From contig CAZYZD010000002.1 in the NCBI GenBank assembly GCA_964651755.1, positions 1 through 60,176 of the forward strand: a stretch of DNA of 60,176 nucleotides, given 5' to 3'. The DNA is from an uncultured Sulfurospirillum sp. (GTDB lineage Bacteria; Campylobacterota; Campylobacteria; Campylobacterales; QNZT01). Position 1 is the first letter of the stretch. The number at the start of each line of letters is the position of its first letter. The notes beneath the pieces were generated by a model. That model saw only the letters and a list, made by a program, of their open reading frames with translations. It was not told where the DNA came from and searched no databases. This document shows, piece after piece, positions 58,131 to 60,176 of the stretch. The position numbers were made by a program, and so were the translations under genes.

Positions 58131-58895
58131 ATGTCAAAAATAGGGATTGCACTTTCCGGCGGCGGGAGCAGATGTGTTGCCCAACTGGGTGCGATTAAAT
58201 TTCTCGAAGAAAAAGGATTGCACTTTTCAGCGGTAAGTGGAAGCAGCGGAGGGGCAATCGCAGGGGCACTTTATGCCAGTGGTAGATCTCCTGATGAAAT
58301 TCTGGCATTGTTGAAAGAGATTGATTTTAAATCCTTTTTAAAATATTATCTGCATAAAGGCTCGCTTTATAAGATTATTGGGGCAGAAGAGTATTTACGT
58401 GATGAGATTGGTTTAAAAGATTTTGAAACATTGCAAATTCCGTTTTATTGTACAGTGGTGAATTTTAAGACAGGTCTTGCAGAGTATAAAAACAGCGGTG
58501 ATCTTGCAAAATTGATACTGGCTTCTTGTGCATTAACACCGGTTTTTGCACCTGTAGAGTATGCTGGCGAAACCTATATAGACGGGGGATTTTATGACAA
58601 TCTGCCTGCTGCTGCTTTGGGCTCAGTGTCGGAAAAGATTGTAGGTATCAATGTCAATCCTATGTTTGAGTCACTTCCGAAAGGTTTTAAAAAGCGGCTT
58701 ATGAAGTCGTTGTTTATTATGTTAAATGCCAATGTCAGAGAAGGAAAAAGGTTGTGTAATCTCTATATAGAACCTCATGATATGAGTCGGTATTCGATCT
58801 TTGATATTAAAAATTTCGATATATTTTATGAAATAGGTTATCGGGAAGCACAACGTCATGAAAAAGAAATTGACAGATTTTTAGGAGAATTATGA
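58131..58895 (+). CDS. patatin-like phospholipase
   Basis: 254 aa. Oxyanion GGGSRC, nucleophile elbow GSSGG, catalytic DGG. Confidence 0.88.
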   Translation: MSKIGIALSGGGSRCVAQLGAIKFLEEKGLHFSAVSGSSGGAIAGALYASGRSPDEILALLKEIDFKSFLKYYLHKGSLYKIIGAEEYLRDEIGLKDFETLQIPFYCTVVNFKTGLAEYKNSGDLAKLILASCALTPVFAPVEYAGETYIDGGFYDNLPAAALGSVSEKIVGINVNPMFESLPKGFKKRLMKSLFIMLNANVREGKRLCNLYIEPHDMSRYSIFDIKNFDIFYEIGYREAQRHEKEIDRFLGEL

Positions 58896-59725
58896 GTCAG
58901 TATATACTTAAAATAAATTGTTCGGATGAAAAGGGCTTGATTTTTAAAATTGCCAATGTTATCTATCAGAATGATCTCAATATCGAAAAAAACAGTGAAT
59001 TTGTCGATGAAGAAAATCAAAAGTTTTTTTTCCGGGCCAGAATAATCGGCAATGTGGATATTGTCAAACTCAAAACAGAACTTGCCGGCGCATTACCGGA
59101 TGATGCTTCTATCTATCTTCGGGCGCGGCATGCGAAAAATATTGTTCTGATGGCGACTAAAGAGTCACACTGTCTTGGTGATATATTGCTAAAAAACTAC
59201 AGTGGTGAACTCTTTGCAAATGTGCAGGCAGTTATCTCCAATCATGATACATTGCGGGAGTTGAGTGAAAAGTTTGATATTCCCTATTTTTATGTATCGG
59301 CAGAAAATATCGACAGACGTACGCATGAAGAGAAAGTTTTAACGATACTTAATGAATTCAATCCTGATTTAATTGTACTGGCAAAGTATATGCGTATTTT
59401 ATCAAGTGATTTTGTGAAGCATTATGAAAATAAAATCATTAATATTCACCACTCATTCTTACCGGCATTTATAGGTGCAAATCCCTATAAACAAGCGTAT
59501 CAGCGCGGGGTTAAGATTATCGGTGCGACAGCGCATTTTGTCAATGACAACCTGGATGAAGGACCGATAATCGCACAGGATGTTATTCATGTAAATCATG
59601 AATATGACTGGAAAGCGATGCAAAAAGCCGGTCGGAATGTGGAAAAAGTAGTTTTATCCAATGCTCTGGATCTGGCACTTGAAGATCGTATTTTTATTTA
59701 CGGTAACCGGACGATTATCTTCTGA
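58892..59725 (+). CDS. purU: formyltetrahydrofolate deformylase
   Basis: 277 aa. N-terminal ACT domain, IINIHHSFLPAF and GATAHFV motifs. Confidence 0.94.
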   Translation: MSQYILKINCSDEKGLIFKIANVIYQNDLNIEKNSEFVDEENQKFFFRARIIGNVDIVKLKTELAGALPDDASIYLRARHAKNIVLMATKESHCLGDILLKNYSGELFANVQAVISNHDTLRELSEKFDIPYFYVSAENIDRRTHEEKVLTILNEFNPDLIVLAKYMRILSSDFVKHYENKIINIHHSFLPAFIGANPYKQAYQRGVKIIGATAHFVNDNLDEGPIIAQDVIHVNHEYDWKAMQKAGRNVEKVVLSNALDLALEDRIFIYGNRTIIF

Positions 59726-60176
59726 TGTTCAATATAGTTCTTGTACACCCGCAGATTCCACAAAATACCGGTAGTATTGGACGTATCTGTGTCAATACGG
59801 ACAGCAGACTGCATATTGTCAAGCCTATCGGTTTTGATATGAGTGAAAAGGCACTCAGACGGGCAGGATTGGATTACTGGAAGCTTTTGGATGTAACGGT
59901 CTGGGAGAGTCTGGAAGATTTTCTGGCAGTTCATGAAAAAAATATTGACCGTTTTTTCTTCGCTACAACCAAAACGGATAAACCCTATTTTAAAGCTGAT
60001 TTTCAAAAGGAGGATTATCTCTTTTTTGGATCGGAAACAAAAGGACTCCCTCCCGAACTGATGGCGAAAAATCCTCAAAATATGATCACCATTCCGATGG
60101 GTAAAAACGGCAGAAGTCTGAATCTCTCTGTTGCCGTTGGTATCGTACTTTATGATGCGATACGACAAAACTATTC
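59725..60176 (+). CDS. trmL: tRNA (cytidine/uridine-2'-O)-methyltransferase TrmL (SpoU family), 3' end cut by the window edge
   Basis: MFNIVLVHPQIPQNTGSIGRIC...GSETKGLP...SLNLSVAVGIVLY. The ATG overlaps the purU stop. Confidence 0.88.
   Translation, partial: MFNIVLVHPQIPQNTGSIGRICVNTDSRLHIVKPIGFDMSEKALRRAGLDYWKLLDVTVWESLEDFLAVHEKNIDRFFFATTKTDKPYFKADFQKEDYLFFGSETKGLPPELMAKNPQNMITIPMGKNGRSLNLSVAVGIVLYDAIRQNY

Noticed and set aside
58131-58895. Patatin as a CBASS-type or other defence effector
   Set aside because: No cyclase/nucleotidyltransferase, sensor or other defence partner is adjacent. It is embedded in a housekeeping operon.
1-60176. Looked for CRISPR arrays, rRNA/tRNA/tmRNA genes, integrases, phage structural genes and recognisable defence systems (RM, TA pairs, CBASS, retron RT, Cas)
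   Set aside because: No regularly spaced repeats, no GC-rich structured non-coding gap (the largest gaps are 150-380 bp and very AT-rich), and no such protein families among the ORFs. This absence is judged by eye only; tRNAscan/Infernal/DefenseFinder would be decisive.

Overview
AT-rich chromosomal segment whose gene content and order look like a flagellated member of the Campylobacterota (epsilonproteobacterium); the exact taxon cannot be verified from here. About 70 tightly packed CDS, many with overlapping start/stop codons. Main blocks: an oxaloacetate node (oadGAB plus pckA), argH, an envelope block (mrdA, lptC/lptA/kdsC, rlpA, a LysM lytic transglycosylase), recN/nadK, flagellar genes (motA-motB-fliP; flgF-flgG), glmU/coaBC/uppS/truA/ribF, dnaJ, ilvA, lepB/folD, hemL, rpoD and leuDB-purU-trmL. 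I found no rRNA, tRNA, CRISPR array, integrase, prophage or recognisable known defence system. The window is mostly core genome. The only clearly accessory-looking stretch is about 8.0-12.4 kb: a catalytically dead-looking IS1595-type transposase relic, a very AT-rich spacer, an orphan membrane protein, an ATPase-less DUF234 protein and an orphan pentaheme cytochrome. The points most worth a second look are: (1) a CGATATTTGT sigma28-like box, part of an exact 15-mer at two sites, sits upstream of motA, a GGDEF cyclase and the orphan membrane protein, suggesting an extended FliA regulon. (2) fliP has a conserved N-terminus but no ATG/GTG/TTG start, and appears to initiate at ATC 2 nt after the motB stop. 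(3) An 893-aa protein combines a peptidase-MA-like HExxH/EGxA region with a C-terminal beta-barrel-like region. (4) An OMP-barrel/SPOR protein is interrupted by a roughly 120-aa D/N/G/T low-complexity insert preceded by CPPCPPC. None of these is demonstrated to be a novel system. All functional calls rest on motif recognition by eye, not on searches.
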